DNA of 57,018 nucleotides, counting the filler, from Sphacelaria rigidula (taxonomy: Eukaryota): assembly GCA_964200075.2 (NCBI GenBank). It is 3 parts of 3 records of this genome, joined end to end, with 100 filler letters (N's around TTAATTAATTAA, not from the genome) between each part and the next. Parts side by side here need not be neighbours in the genome. Positions count along the whole stretch, not along the records: positions 1 to 18,948 come from CAXNAA020000760.1; 2 more parts are not named here. The stretch is one strand, 5' to 3'. The translations under genes were made by a program, and so were the position numbers. The first letter of the stretch is position 1. Each line of letters starts with the position of its first letter. Positions 1 to 13,031 of the stretch are shown piece after piece. The notes beneath the pieces are model-generated. The model was given only the letters and a program-made list of their open reading frames with translations, was not told the origin of the DNA and made no database searches.

Positions 1-3000
1 AGGGTTCAGTAATCCCTTTCCCTCGTCGACCGTAGAGTCGAATTTTGTGTACCCACGACATAGTCGCTCTCCACTCGCTTGAAATTTGGTATTGGTGGTA
101 GTTATTAGACGATGACTCACAGCCTACACGCAATGCTCAGTTGAAACGGCAGGTGCCAAAGAGTTTATTAGAGCCGTTATACTATGCTAAGGTGACTTGT
201 GGAATCGCTCAAGCGCGAAGATGCTCATCGAGTTCGTTTGGTACGGTTACGAAGGAGCGACAGGACAAGCTAAAGAAGGTAGAATTGTATGTTGAAAGTG
301 TCATAAATTGTCTACCGAAGTAATGATACCAGTAATAAAACGTCGTCCATCTAAATCTAAACACATTGCAGGTTCGTCTCATTTGCCTGATAACTCATTG
401 GTACGGATATGCACGTGGTGTGGTGATGCTGGCGGACTCCACCGTTAGAGTTATTATTTACGGCATCCTGTGGCTATCCAGCTTCGTGCTACCGAACCAG
501 TTCCACAACCTCGTCCTCTGGGTAAGCCTCGAGACCTACGCTATAGCCGTGTGCACAACTTGCGGCGCTAGTTTAGCAAATGTGCTGTTGAAAGTATAAC
601 GCACACCATTTGCATGCATACCAGTATTAGGCACAGGACAAGTTGGTTCACTAATGACGTTAGAGTGTGTATTCTATTGATCACCAATCCCACACTCGTT
701 ACATGATATACACACATACAAGGTTCCTCTTCGGGCGGTTGGTATGGGCCTCCCGGGGTGACGCAAGTAGAAAATATATGGTCAGAGAGGATGTTGTATC
801 TCAATGTACAGTAGTGATCTTGGCTACAAAACATGGCATGTGTGATCGGATGTCGTTCGGAAATATGGGAATTCGGACGGGGGCCGATGGCGGAACCGCC
901 GGCGTAGGACATGAAAGTGTGGTATTCCCGACGTGCCAGAGTGCGAAGTAGCTCTCGTGCCGCAAAGACATGACAGCGGAAAGCACTCCCGACAAAATGG
1001 AATGCGTGGAACATTCTTGGCATGTGCTTTGTACATCACTGTGGCTTCCGCATCAACGAGACGTTTCCCATAACAGGGTGATTGTTTTTGCCGCAAAACA
1101 TTTCCCTTCTGCCGTCCTGTGTGCCTCGTTCAACTCGCCAACGGCCCGTTGCACGGTCTTGTGTTTGCTACTGACTGAGGCCAAGGCAATGTTCGATTGT
1201 TTCTGACTGCTTCGCTCTCATGTTCTCGTGACATTGGCGGCATAAACGGTGTGTTCGTGCTCCGAAATGAATAAGAACGCTACAAAGAGAAACACGTGGA
1301 AAAAAGTACCCCGGCAAAAGAAATCCTGTTCAAAGATTTCCATGATCTTCAACAGGATTGTTTTGTGGTTCGCGTTCTTGTTTCAAGTTTTCCATGATCT
1401 TGGAAAGGCTTTTGTGATTCGGGATCGACACCCCGCGAAAAAGGGCCAGTTTGAGCGAATTTCGGTGGCCAGAACACGCGCCACAGGTGTCGGATTACAT
1501 TCAAACCTGAACGGTAATGTACCGCTGAGCCTTCTCAGTACGCTGAAAAAGAAAGCGCGGGGGAAAATGCCTTGCCGCCAGAGAAAACTCGGCAAAAGTG
1601 GTGAAAAATGTAATATGATACATGTACATACACGTATCGATACCGAAGATTCACTAGTATCATGTCATCAATCAGCGACGCATGGAAGGCGAACGCTGGT
1701 GTGTGGATGCTAGTCTAAGCTTAGTTTGCTGTATGTTGTACTTTCGATCCACGATGACAAAGCAGCTAGTAGGTTGCTGAACTCTAGAGCGAACACAGTA
1801 ACACGACAAGACTATTCTTTCCGTTGCGACGTGCAAGGGGCGTAGGCTCACGTAACTACACATTGCACGGGCTATATCACCACGTTCTAATGTTAGGCGA
1901 TGATGTTTACTCCGAGTTGCTCTTTTCGATTTGTGCAAACGCGCAGGTGCTTAAATTTACCGTGGATACGACGCGTTGGGCCTTGATGTTCATGATGGGG
2001 ATGTACGCAGTCATCATGGAGGAGATCACGCGTCGGTTGCCGCCGGGCATTATCGCCAAGGCGTTTGCCTTGATGCATGGAATCATTGAGTGAGCCCGTA
2101 TCAGCATGTATATAGTGCAACTACCACAAGCTGCCGCGACCGCGCTCGAAATAGCTTCGACGAGTACTACCGCCGACTAAGATTGCTATCCATTCAACCC
2201 ATGTGTTGGAGCCGAGTACTACCGAATAGCAACGAGCTTGCTGCCGACGGCATCATTATCGCTATTGCCGAAACGGTGTGCGGTGCTGATGAACGCGTAA
2301 AGCGCTTCATAACTGCTAGTCGCGCAAGCTGTTTATTCGCCCTCGTACGGTGATGTCAATTGCTCTGGGAATGATACAGTCATGATGCCTCTTCGCGCGT
2401 ATGTTGATTTTTGCCCATCTCCCCTGGTCCCCCCCTTGCTCGCTAAACAGGGTCGTCGTTGTTTCCATTGCGCTGCTGTTTCGCTTTATGGCAAGCACGT
2501 TTCATTGGTGGCAGCATTTGTATGATGCTCCTTTGGTCGTCGAACTAGAGGTGAGCTTTCCGGCCTTTTTGATCGGTTGATGGATTGATGAATGGATTTG
2601 TTAATCGTTGGCTTCACATCAACGAATCCGGGACGAATCCAATCGGCTTCACAAGATCGAGGGAATCACGGTGAACAATCGGAAACATTCGGTGGCAGAA
2701 AAACGAGAAATCGCCAAGCTAGGGGCCATTCTTAGCCCCTTCGACGCCTGAGCCTCTGACTAGACGCTAGTGGGACAGCCTCTTGAGGGGGGTTCGCAAT
2801 AGTTGTATTCGGCGGAGAGGCAATGCTTACATTGAAAGGGCGACTGTCACACATATATTCTGCGCTCCCTAGTTATTCGGGCATGGCCTACGATCAATTG
2901 TAGCGCCGTACTATGTTAGTGAGGACAACGGTAAAATAACGAGGCCGATATTAGTGCATGTACGTCGGCAACACAACCAGCTGCTGCTTGACAGCTGAAA

Positions 3001-3359
3001 GGTGTGGCGTATTTTGTGCGGGGTGTACGCGCTGTAAGCGGCGCGTAAGAGTATTGGTGGGTGCTGTTTGGGTTTTGTGCCTAGAACTTGCGAAAACAAT
3101 TCTCCGACCCCCAACAGTCCATTAGACCCCCAGTGGGGTAGGGGTCAGTTGGCAACGACGCTGTAAAACACGCCATCCACTGCGTAGGCTAGGCAACCAA
3201 GCTACCTATGTATTTTGCGCTCTTGCGTTTTGTTTGCGGTAACCATGATGGTGGTCGAGCTAATCAAATTGTGCGGGGTGGGAGAACGTCAGTGCCGCGC
3301 AACGGAGATGATAATTCTACGTAGTGCTTGAATGGCGAGACACACATGAGGCAGCGTGT

Positions 3360-3625
3360 AAGCAGTGGCTGTCTCTGGAAGTGACGATACCAGAAAATGA
3401 TGCAGCTCATTGGAGGCTGTCATCCAAATGCAACATAATCAGTACGATCCAGGCCGAACAATCTCAGCAGGATGCAGCTCACCCTTCATGCGACTCGCCG
3501 AACACATCACGGCGCTTCGTGCTTGGTGATTGACTGTAACTTGGTCCTGATCCGGCGAAAACCCGGCGTGCTCTGTCCCGGCTTTGCAGGCATGCGACGT
3601 CAACCATCACATGACTATGGCATGT
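3360..3625. repeat. Dispersed repeat family copy; inverted copy at 43020-43640, partial copy at ~32995-33075
   Basis: ggctgtcatccaaatgcaa...gcagctcacccttcatgcgactcgc...catgactatggcatg matches the reverse complement of 43021-43232 and continues at 43598-43640. Confidence 0.8.
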
Positions 3626-4199
3626 AAGGTCATGCGTAACCTCCCTCACCCATAGTCCACTGAACAAACGAGCACAAGTTTGCACACGAGCAACGCCCAT
3701 GGAACCTCAGCGGCGAGTGAAATAATACAGAACATGAACAGGAAATTGAGATAGGGAACCTCGTAAGAGTTGCAAGTCAACGAAAGAAGTTAACAGCCGA
3801 TAGAACAAGACAAGGATACCGGCTTCTGTGTTCCCCTCCCATCTCCTTCCCCCCTTCACCGCTCGTCGGGTACAACGTGGGTTCCTTTTTTGACCAGGTC
3901 CATCTTGGGTTCCTCACAGGCTGTTGCGGCTGTTGTTCGACTAGCGGGTGGGTCCCCTATCGGCGGCTCTCAACGCTACAGCGTCTTGTTTTTCGCGGAG
4001 GTCGGATTAGCGGACGTCTTCGCGTTCCCACGCCTCCTGGACCTCTTCCGCTTCCTCATCGAACCTCAATTGCCATTTGCTCGCGTTTTCAGCGGCATCA
4101 ACACAGTAGATCAACCACCCCCTTCGTTCTCCCCTATGTGGGAACATCCAGGACACGCAGCTTCTCCTGAAGGCGGCCCCCCCAGCGTTTCGACGGCTA

Positions 4200-5190
4200 G
4201 ATACACTTCGCGAGGAGTCTGCTGTCCTTCCGGACCAGGGCCCCTGTGAAGCAAAGTTGATATTTGGTCATCGTTCTCTCGAGACGTTTACATTCGGCCA
4301 TCTCAATCGCAGCTCTGAATAAAACAGTGCTCGTCCTCTGCGATTCTTCCTGAGAAAGTTACTGTAGCTACTCGCAGTAGAGGCTGATGGTGGGCAGTGT
4401 GCAATGTCTCCCTGTCCTTTGAGTACAGCGTTCACGTAGCACATCTGTACAGCAAGCTCCCATCACATTAATTTTCAGCAACCAGATAGTGAGCGATAGC
4501 TGAGCATGAGATCGATCGTGAAGAATGATGTTATCGGAGGTGTGCCTGCGTAGCGCTGGTGCGGCGCGTGATTTCGATGGAAATTTCCGCGTCTTTGCGG
4601 ATAGTACCAAGGTAGACAACCTCGGCCATCTGCTTGTACTGTGGGCATGCCGCCTGGATGTGCAGTGCGGCCTCTGGGGATCTGAGGATCGGGTACTGAC
4701 CACAGATGGATGGGCCTCTGTCTTATGCTCTGATGCTGTCAGCGTAGGCCTGACATGCCATCACAACAATCATACTTGTCAAGACCGTTTGGAGACAGAC
4801 CTCCAGCAGGAAAACAAATGCCGTCAAGTTTTGAGATGCCTATGCCCCCACAGACACGATCACAGAGGCAAGGGCATGTTCTGAGCCGAGGCGGACAGCC
4901 CACTGATGGATACCTGTGCCCACGTAGCCGTGATGGTCTGCTACTCGATCACCAATCCAACCCTATGCTGTGGAGCCTCCATCTCGCCCCCTTCCGCGCC
5001 GTAGTAGGAGGCGTCGGATTCCGTGGCAGCGAAGTCAGTTCTCCTTGGTCGACTTGTCCCTTGCAGCCCCATGGCGTCGCAGCCTACCTTGCACTTTCGC
5101 AAAGCGACCGCATAGACGGCGCCATTCTATCCCGTCAGGGGCGATGTACGAAGGTTGTAAGTCGCCACTGTGAGCTTGCCGATACTGGAC
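4200..5190 (-). mobile_element. Degenerate LINE (non-LTR retrotransposon) AP-endonuclease region
   Basis: Minus-strand translation from ~5185 gives GKLTVATYNLRT..G*NG....RKCKVGCDAMGLQGTSRP..TDF...RLHSIGL. This resembles the APE N-terminal motifs (VATxNVRT, DxxGLQET) of RTE-like LINEs. In-frame stops and frameshifts are present; the 3' boundary is approximate. Confidence 0.6.
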
Positions 5191-8100
5191 GTAGCTGTAA
5201 CCGCTTTGTACTGGCTGGTTCACGCTGATCACCCAAAATTGTGTCATCAGCAAATGCCAATGCCTTCGGCGATACCTAGCCAATAGTCACATACATGATA
5301 TCATACTGACCACTAATAACAGCTCAAGAGCGTGACATAGCGGGATTTTTGTTCAAGTTCAAAATGGTGGCGCTAAGGGCGAAAAGGTACCTCGACCAAT
5401 CAGCGCCCTTCAAATTGTTCTGAGATTGAAATTACGAATTCCAAGCCCAATTTTCACCCAATCTTCACGTGCTTCAAATTGTAGTAACCGCCACCAGCTC
5501 CGAAATCTAAGGGGGAAAACAGATTAAAAAACGGTTACAAACGGGGTCGATTTACACCCGAAGCCGTGATGTTTCGGTGATGTGGGGGTTTGGCGTCATC
5601 TATTCTGATGATACGCACGAAAGACCCAGGGAAACTCGTGACCGTTTTCCTTATATCTGTTGTAGTAAAGCTCAGATCGACCTCAAATTTCGTAGTTCCG
5701 TAGGTATTGATGCTCCGACATGGAAAAGTTGTATTCTTGACAATATTTCAAACTTTATCCGTTCTCTACCGGCTTCCGGGGGTCACAGAATGAAGACCTC
5801 CAGAATGCGGTACAGATTGCCTCGAAGGAAGAAAATGATGCGTCCCGGGATAGTCCAAGAAACACATGTTCAAACTTTGGTCGAGGAACTCGAACACCTC
5901 ATTTCTCTTACCTTGGCGTAGAGTTAGAATTCACCGGGCGTTGCCGTACTAAAACCAAGTAGGTAGGAGCTGCAAGTTTCAAGCCCGTCCTCGCACATTT
6001 GTGAAAAATTTCAGGGTCTAACTCCTAAAAATGGCGTCAACTTTCGCCGAGGAGTGTCTCTACTTAGATGAGCGTGAATCAGCCTGCACAACTATACTCT
6101 ACTCTTTTCCGTTATCCTCCCTGACTTTGCTCTCCTTCTGCTTTCGAGCGAGCATACTGGCTGTTCCGATTTTCTTCTTGGTCCATCCATCCATGATAAA
6201 CCCCTCGGGCATCATGATCTCACGGGAGGGATGCAGCAACCCCAGCCCGCGTCGTCCGCTTGGTCCCAGTCAACGCTCGTCAATGGATGAGCACAACGTC
6301 GTAGAGGCGTGCGATTTACATACCGCACGGTTGCACGACTTGTAACGCACACCATTTCGTCTACTGAATGCTGAGAGCACTGAAAAGATCGCTCCTATGC
6401 AGGCAAGGTATAGCACTTGGGATTGAAAATTTTCTGTCCACCACCGATCCAGTCAGCTTACTTGGTTGTGCAACTTGTGTGTGTCCCTAGTACCCCTCTG
6501 GCGTGGTGTGTTTTGGTGCTGACCCTCGTGCGTTGGGGATATGTTATGGCCTCATTCTTGAAGTCATTCTCGTTGCTGATGCTGTCCTGCGCAGGACGAG
6601 TATCGACAGCTCTTGGGCGAACGTAATAAACGCTCTGACGCTTTATTCTTGGGTCTGGTTCGGAAATGGGTCATGGGACTTCGCACCAAAGATACCAGAT
6701 CTGCGCAACATCGACATAGTGCCGTGGAGAAAGGTGCGTCCGTTTGTGTGGAAGTGCAAACATCTTTTGCGGTTTTAGGTCAAATCGCCGCATCGTTCAT
6801 GACTCTGGTCGGCGTTTTCAGCTTCAAGCGAACTCTGCGACGCAGAATTTGAACCAGATAGTTTGAATGTGAACGTGAAATGCCGTGCCTTGAAAGTGCG
6901 GATTTGTTGCTCTCAGTCGCATGCTGTGCTTTCATCTGTGCGCTAACTCGACATGCGCATATAAAACTTGCTACACCACGGCAAATTTTCGATATTTTGT
7001 TGCATTTGTTTGCCGTTGGTGTACACTTCGGGTCATTGTGGGCGAAAGGTGCGTACAACTGTGTCGGCAAGGTTCGCTTCGGACCTTACGGTTGTTCCGC
7101 TGGGCTTGCTGTAGCTGCCGACAAGGCTGGAGCTCGGCCGTCCCATGAAGCTTGCGCAACTGCGCTGACAATGCTCACGAAGAGCGGCATGGTTTGCGAC
7201 AGCTTGGTGAGTAGCAGGACGATGAGAGCACACACGTCCGCTGCGCCACCGCCTTGCCTTGCGGTGCGCCCCGAAAGTGGCATGAGACCAACGCTCTATG
7301 CCCAGACACTCATTTGTCGCTCACGACAGAGCGTACGTTTAGAAGTTAAGGCTTAATTTTTCTCGATCTCGAAGCATCGATCGAACAAAGACTGGTGCAG
7401 CTAAAAACGCATGACTTTCGCGACGTTCGACAAGACGATAAACATAGCATAGCGAATGACGCCATGCCGGCTGGCGATGACCATGAAGATGTACTGTATA
7501 CGCATAGCACGGACAGTACTTGATCTCAACGACCGCTGGGGAGTACTGCACAATACTACCGCACGAGATTGTGGTCTACTGCAGTATAGTGTACTTGCAG
7601 CGCGATTTACTGTCTGCACTTGTATGGTACTTCCGCTGTACTGCTGAGCGATACCTCACCCCTTGAGGAAATGCCCGTCCATGTACAGAATCAGTCAAAC
7701 CTCTTGAAAACATGATGATCCCACGGGAGGCCGACTACCGCAAGCGCTATATCGGTGTCTAGCTGTAGTCTGGGTTCGTGGGAGTAGTGTGGAGCATGCA
7801 CGCGTTGCTCAGAGTCCAGAGTATAAATATCTCTGAGAACCTGGCAAGGCACCCATTCATACAATGGTATGACTTTGCTCTACTTCGCACACCTTATGGG
7901 GGAAAACAGTAACGCCCGCTGGTATCCTTCCTTCGCACTCACTCGCCCGTTTCGGTGTCATGGACTGTTTCAGATAAGAACGGCTCGCGCTATGCTCGGC
8001 ACCAACTGCTCTCGTAGTACTACTGTGCACGAAGTTTCTCACCAACTCATGCATGCCGTTCAACAGGGCCTGACGTGGCCAGATGAGTTTTTCGTGGGCA

Positions 8101-8647
8101 AAACTTTGGCAGATGAGGTACGTGGAGCATTTTCATGTCCATCATCACTGTGATGAGGATCACAGGCTTGTCAGTGCTTCGTACGATCACCGAGTTGTAT
8201 TTGCGCGCAGTGATTCTTGGGCATGCTGACGCTGCCACTGCGCGTTGCTTTCACTTCATGATGTGTGGAAGGATAATTGAAGAACAATACCTGTGGAAGG
8301 CATCAAGCCCCGTTGCGTCATGTGGGTAGTGGAACCCAATTTTTACTGGCACAGCGACTGGCCCTTTATCCGCGTCCAGCAGAAACTCTTGGACCGTATC
8401 TGAGGCGTTTTTATGTGTGCGTGCCTCATGAAAGCTGTTGAATTTTGTGGTACTGTCATTGGACTGAAGGTTTTGTTGTGTCGTCAGTAGAGTGGGTGTG
8501 GCTCCGCCAGGCAATTTATCCGACCGTCATCCACACGGAACTATGAATCGCGACAACACCGCACGCTGTGCGTGCGCCTCGACTTCTTACCTGCAAGGGA
8601 TCCTCTCGTTGAAACGGTACCTGACTTGCGTCGGAATCGCTTTGAGG

Positions 8648-9124
8648 CTGCTCGTTTTAACAGACAAGAATAAAAATCTGGAAAAGTGCCTTCTTGGAGC
8701 TTTTACGTGGTTTCACCCCCGAAAAAAGAGCTAGGCGGAGTTCGACACCTTGGAATTACTTGCTGCACTTGTTAAGGCGGTTCAAGGACATCTTCTCGCT
8801 CCCCGGTGGTTGCAGTTTTTATTTTGGCCAAACAAGAATTATCGTCCAAGGACGGTCAAAAACAGTCAAATCTAAAAGCAAATGCTCTGAAAAAAATCAT
8901 TTTTCTCTGGACTTGACCGTTCTTGGACACAAGTTATTGTTTGGCCAAGATGAAAAGTGCGGCCACCGGATTACGGGAAGGTGTCCTGGAACCGCCTTAA
9001 CTAGTAGACCAAGTCATTCCAAGGTGTCAAGCTTCGCCTAGCTCTCTTTTAGGGCGCGAAACGACGTAGAAGCTCCTGAAGGGCACTTTTCCAGATTTTT
9101 AATTTTGTCTGTTATAAGGAGCGG
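8648..9124. repeat. Fold-back (long imperfect palindrome) MITE-like element, ~215-bp arms
   Basis: aacagacaagaataaaaatctggaaaagtgcc...ccaaggacggtcaa on the left is mirrored by ttgaccgttcttgg...ggcacttttccagatttttaattttgtctgtt on the right. Confidence 0.85.
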
Positions 9125-9863
9125 GCGGAGAGGTGCCAGATCCGACTCCGTGGGACCTGCCAAGAACGTTTCAAAGAAACAGTATCTCGACTTTGAAACT
9201 TGCACCCTTGGTGTTGGGTATGGGAGCAGGGCAAGGATCTGTCGGTGGAGAACGTGAATTGGATACGCGCGAACTGGATATTAGCCGCGGCACGACTGAT
9301 CGTCCATGCGGAATTGCTGCCTGCCGGTTTCACACCACCGTGGTGAGCACAGCGGCATCGTTAGCAGGGACAAACCGATTTTTGCGTCGATTCTGTCATC
9401 AGTGTGAATTTCAAACAACGTCCCTCGTTGATCTTCGAGTCCCACCGTCGTTCATGAAATTCGCGTCGGGTGAGACGCGGGCAGGGACGATTCCAGCTAC
9501 CACGAATATGATCCTGCCTGGGTGATGGAGAACGAAGGCACGATACTAATGCCATACAGTACTGTAGTGGCGTCCCCTGCTGTCCTAGGCTGCCTCACAT
9601 GTCGCACCTTTACGTTATACCCATATATTCGTTTGGTATCGTTGTTTCTGCTCGAGCGGTGGGGATTTATGGGCGAGCAAACGTGTAAGTTTAGGCTTCA
9701 ATATTAACGACAACTGAAGCTCATTGCTGGTGGCATTGCGATTGAGTAGGTACGGATACCAATTCCATCCGTTTTCGCTAAAATGGTACGTACACAGTAC
9801 ATTACCCATGCACTGTAGTTGAGACACCCCTTCCCGACACTCTCGTGTACTCGTGTCATACAG

Positions 9864-10182
9864 GGTAAAAACGTACCTACCGCAAGCGGTAGGTAAGGAC
9901 TATCGCAAGTCCGCTGTTCACCCTGCCGTGCGATGCGTTGTGTGCCACGTCGGAAGCGATGGACGGTCGAACGCAGCCGATGTCGCGCACCGTATAAAGC
10001 ACCACGTCGAAACGTTCTCAGGAAGCAAGCGCTGTTACGGCACGGCGGAGAATAAACAGCCATCACCAGGCTGTGGTCAGTTCGACGATGCTTATACGTG
10101 CGTGCTGGCTATGGGTGGTCTTGCCAACCCTCGAGCGGGTGCGAAATTTCCGTTCTACCACGCCGCAGCCAGACAGACCACG
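9864..10182 (+). CDS. Probable internal exon of the coiled-coil/Mdm2-type RING gene (5' end of gene uncertain)
   Basis: catacag| acceptor, open frame VKTYLPQAVGK...HAAARQTT, acg|gtaaga donor in phase 0, compatible with the next exon. Confidence 0.5.
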
Positions 10183-10637
10183 GTAAGATATCATTTCGCT
10201 GCCTGGATGCAAAAGTAGAATCATTGCCCAACAGGACTGCAGACCATTCACAGGGTCGACCTCTCATCTTCATCGCGGAAAACGAACACACGGTTTTTAC
10301 TCCTACGGCTATGTCCATAATCCTACTACGCGGCCAAATAATGAGTTCACATCATCTATTGCCATGCGTTGTGTAATGTTGAATCTTGTGGTGCGATATT
10401 CCGCATCATACTGCTCGGTAACGACATACGTGGTAACGTTGGAATTGCTTTGAATCGGCGCGGCCATTCCAGGTCACGGAAGCAGCGACTTGGTTGCTTC
10501 TTGTGTGATGGCTGAAGTATCAAGATCGTTGTCATGCTTGCTGCATGATTGACACCACGCACCCTTGATATGATATGTAGCCTAATTCGCCGTGCTGATG
10601 GTTTTGGCCTTGGCCTTGTTGACCACGCACCTCCCAG

Positions 10638-10708
10638 GAGAACCGGCGGACGCGGGCGCATGCTGCTCGTGCGACCGAACTCGAAAAGAAGGCTGCGAGA
10701 ATGATTAG
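10638..10708 (+). CDS. Exon of coiled-coil/Mdm2-type RING gene (ENRRTRAHAARATELEKKAARMI-)
   Basis: ctcccag| acceptor and ag|gtgagg donor; the phase-2 junction restores codon AGA with the exon at 11170. Confidence 0.7.
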
Positions 10709-11169
10709 GTGAGGAGAGTTTGAGGCTCGATGAACTGGAGTCATGCACGTATTTGGCAGCCTTCGGACGATCGGGTCTTCATGTGCCACCCGCTGCTCGC
10801 CCGATCGTGCCTTGTCGTGGGGACGCTCACCAGAGTGTCTTGCGTACCTGTAGTCCTCTTCAATTCGAGTAATGTAGCCTGGTCTGGGGCACTTGGATGG
10901 CGACACAGAAATGGGGTGAGCTGCCTGATGGCGCAGAGTAGCGCGCTGCAGCGCCAGTACAGTCATGGACGCGGCGTCCTTCCTTGCTGGATGATCGCAA
11001 TTGACGCCTTGTTTTCCTACTGCGACGAGCTACAGGTCGACATGTGTCCGCCCTCTGCCTACACGAGTGTTTCAGTGAACATTGTGCGTTGTTTGCCTCC
11101 ATCACACCTGACGACGTTGAACGTATATTATTCCTCTCTTGTTGCCTTGTGTTGAAATAATCTGCCTAG

Positions 11170-11827
11170 AGCTGACGCCGACGTCGCCCAAAAACCACGC
11201 CCGCCTCCCAAGGCCAAAACCAGCAGCAGCAACCACTCTGTTCAGGAAAAACAGGTACCGCCACCTCCGCCAAGTGGGGCACAGTCGGAAACGGAGAGAA
11301 AATATCGCTTGGCCGAGGCCATTCAGCGCCATAAGGATAGGATTGACCTTGCAAAGTCTCGCAACGAGTACATGAAGAAGGAAAATCGCCTTGAGGCTGA
11401 AGTGGAGCGTGTCCGGGAACGCACCGAGTTGGAAACCTTGTTGGCTAGTAGCAAGGCCAAGTACGCTGAAGAGAAGCGGAGAAATGAGGCCCTTCGTGAG
11501 GAGTTATACAAGATTCAACAGCGCAAATTCAAGGCACACCAAGAAGAAAAACGCCGGGCGGCTGCTACTACCAGTGCTGGCAACGCGCGAGGGCCGGCGG
11601 CGGTGAATGCAACGGGACCAGCAGTGCCGAGTGATGGCGGCGCCGGGGCGAAGCGGCGTAGGAATAAGAGGCGGCAGTCTGAGAAAAAAGGTAACGAGTC
11701 GCAGATGCGGGGAGTACAGAGGTCAGTGCCGATTGTTTCGGAGGTGCCACCAGCGGAGCAGCAACGTCAGGCGTCGGCCCCGTGTAGTACCGTCGGCGAG
11801 AGTCGTTCCGCTAGCCATCGAAAGGAG
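11170..11827 (+). CDS. Coiled-coil-rich exon of Mdm2-type RING gene
   Basis: ctgcctag| acceptor; open frame ADADVAQKPRPP...AEAIQRHKDRIDLAKSRNEYMKKENRLEAEVERVRE...SHRKE; gag|gtaagc donor. Confidence 0.8.
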
Positions 11828-12290
11828 GTAAGCCGACGTCTCATGTGTAAATTTTGGCGGCGTTGGTGTCTCGGACATGAACATTTTCACGGATTGAGAA
11901 GACGGTAAATCACGAATGTCTTCATTAGCAGTGCTGCTCGCGGGTTCGTTTGCTCGGGGCTTTCAGTCTGAATTAAGTCAAGGTGGTGCAAGATACCAAC
12001 GACCCAGTGCGGTACAGTGAATGAGTCACTCTGACCATACGTCCTGGAAGGAGACATGAGTGAGGTCTTTAACCTCGACATAACGGCGGGAAGTTTTGTA
12101 CACACGATGGCACTTGAGAAGGTCGTGAGGCGCCATGTACACCCGTACGATCTAAACGCTTCTGAAGTTTTGCTGCTGTCTATCCCACCTTGTGCTCACC
12201 GCGCCCTGACTTGCATTTATAATTTTTGGGGTTGAAGTACTCTCACCCGTCGCTTGCGTCCGGTCTGGGTCTGACTGCCTGCATGTACAG

Positions 12291-12350
12291 GCAGCCGATG
12301 AACGCAAGGATCGTCGAGCAAAGGCCAAGATGCAGCGTGCATCGAAGGCG
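12291..12350 (+). CDS. Exon of Mdm2-type RING gene (AADERKDRRAKAKMQRASKA)
   Basis: gtacag| acceptor, 60 bp in phase 0/0, gcg|gtaaga donor. Confidence 0.75.
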
Positions 12351-12791
12351 GTAAGATGAAATATGTATGTGCAGCCTATCTTACGCACGTTCATTGGTGA
12401 CTTAGCGGCGCTCTGCTTCCATGTCGGTCGGCTAAGGACCAGCGTTACGTAAAATCCTACACCCTCACCTGACAAAGTTTGAAGCATGTTGTCAATTACC
12501 ATATTAAAGTGCTGCCCTGTTGTAAGAAAAGATGCACTATTCACCTGCTGCTGGTGTAGTGTCTCTGCTCATCACGACTTGAAATACGTATGTTGAGGAG
12601 CATTGCCCGAGTTTCGCTACTCATGTCGGTGGTACTTTGACCACTTTACTCTCCACGGACGGTAGTGATTTGAACGTAATGCACACCACGCACTCGGTTG
12701 ATACGACGTAAACTCCTTCCACGTATGTCAATACTTCTATTTCGTAAACATTCACGCTCCGTGCCGTGATGGCGATGTTTACCCTACACAG

Positions 12792-13001
12792 GAAGCAGCT
12801 CGGCAGCAGCGTCTGCGTGCGTTAGCATCAGACTTGAAAACTGTTCTGGAACTTCCACCCACCAATATTTCGCAAAAGCCTGAAGACGAACAGCATGAAG
12901 GAGACAAGGGAGAGGAGCAGGATAACGACGATGATCTGTGCATCGTGTGTATGACTGAAAAGAGAAGTGCTTGTCTCGTGCACGGAAGAACCGGCCATCA
13001 G
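12792..13001 (+). CDS. Exon encoding acidic linker and first half of an Mdm2-type C2H2C4 RING finger (E3 ubiquitin ligase-like)
   Basis: acacag| acceptor; EAARQQRL...DDDDLCIVCMTEKRSACLVHGRTGHQ; cag|gtgcgc donor. Confidence 0.85.
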
Positions 13002-13031
13002 GTGCGCAAGGGTGCCGTCATGTTCTGTGTA

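Noticed and set aside
1..3300. Short ORFs on both strands
   Set aside because: No recognisable motifs, splice-consistent structure or repeat boundaries; probably decayed element or intergenic DNA.
6090..8560. Possible MULE/SWIM transposase fossil on the minus strand (ATESNKSAL, AIPCLH, FIMDGWTK)
   Set aside because: The motifs are short, scattered over frames and could be chance; a frameshift-aware profile search is needed.
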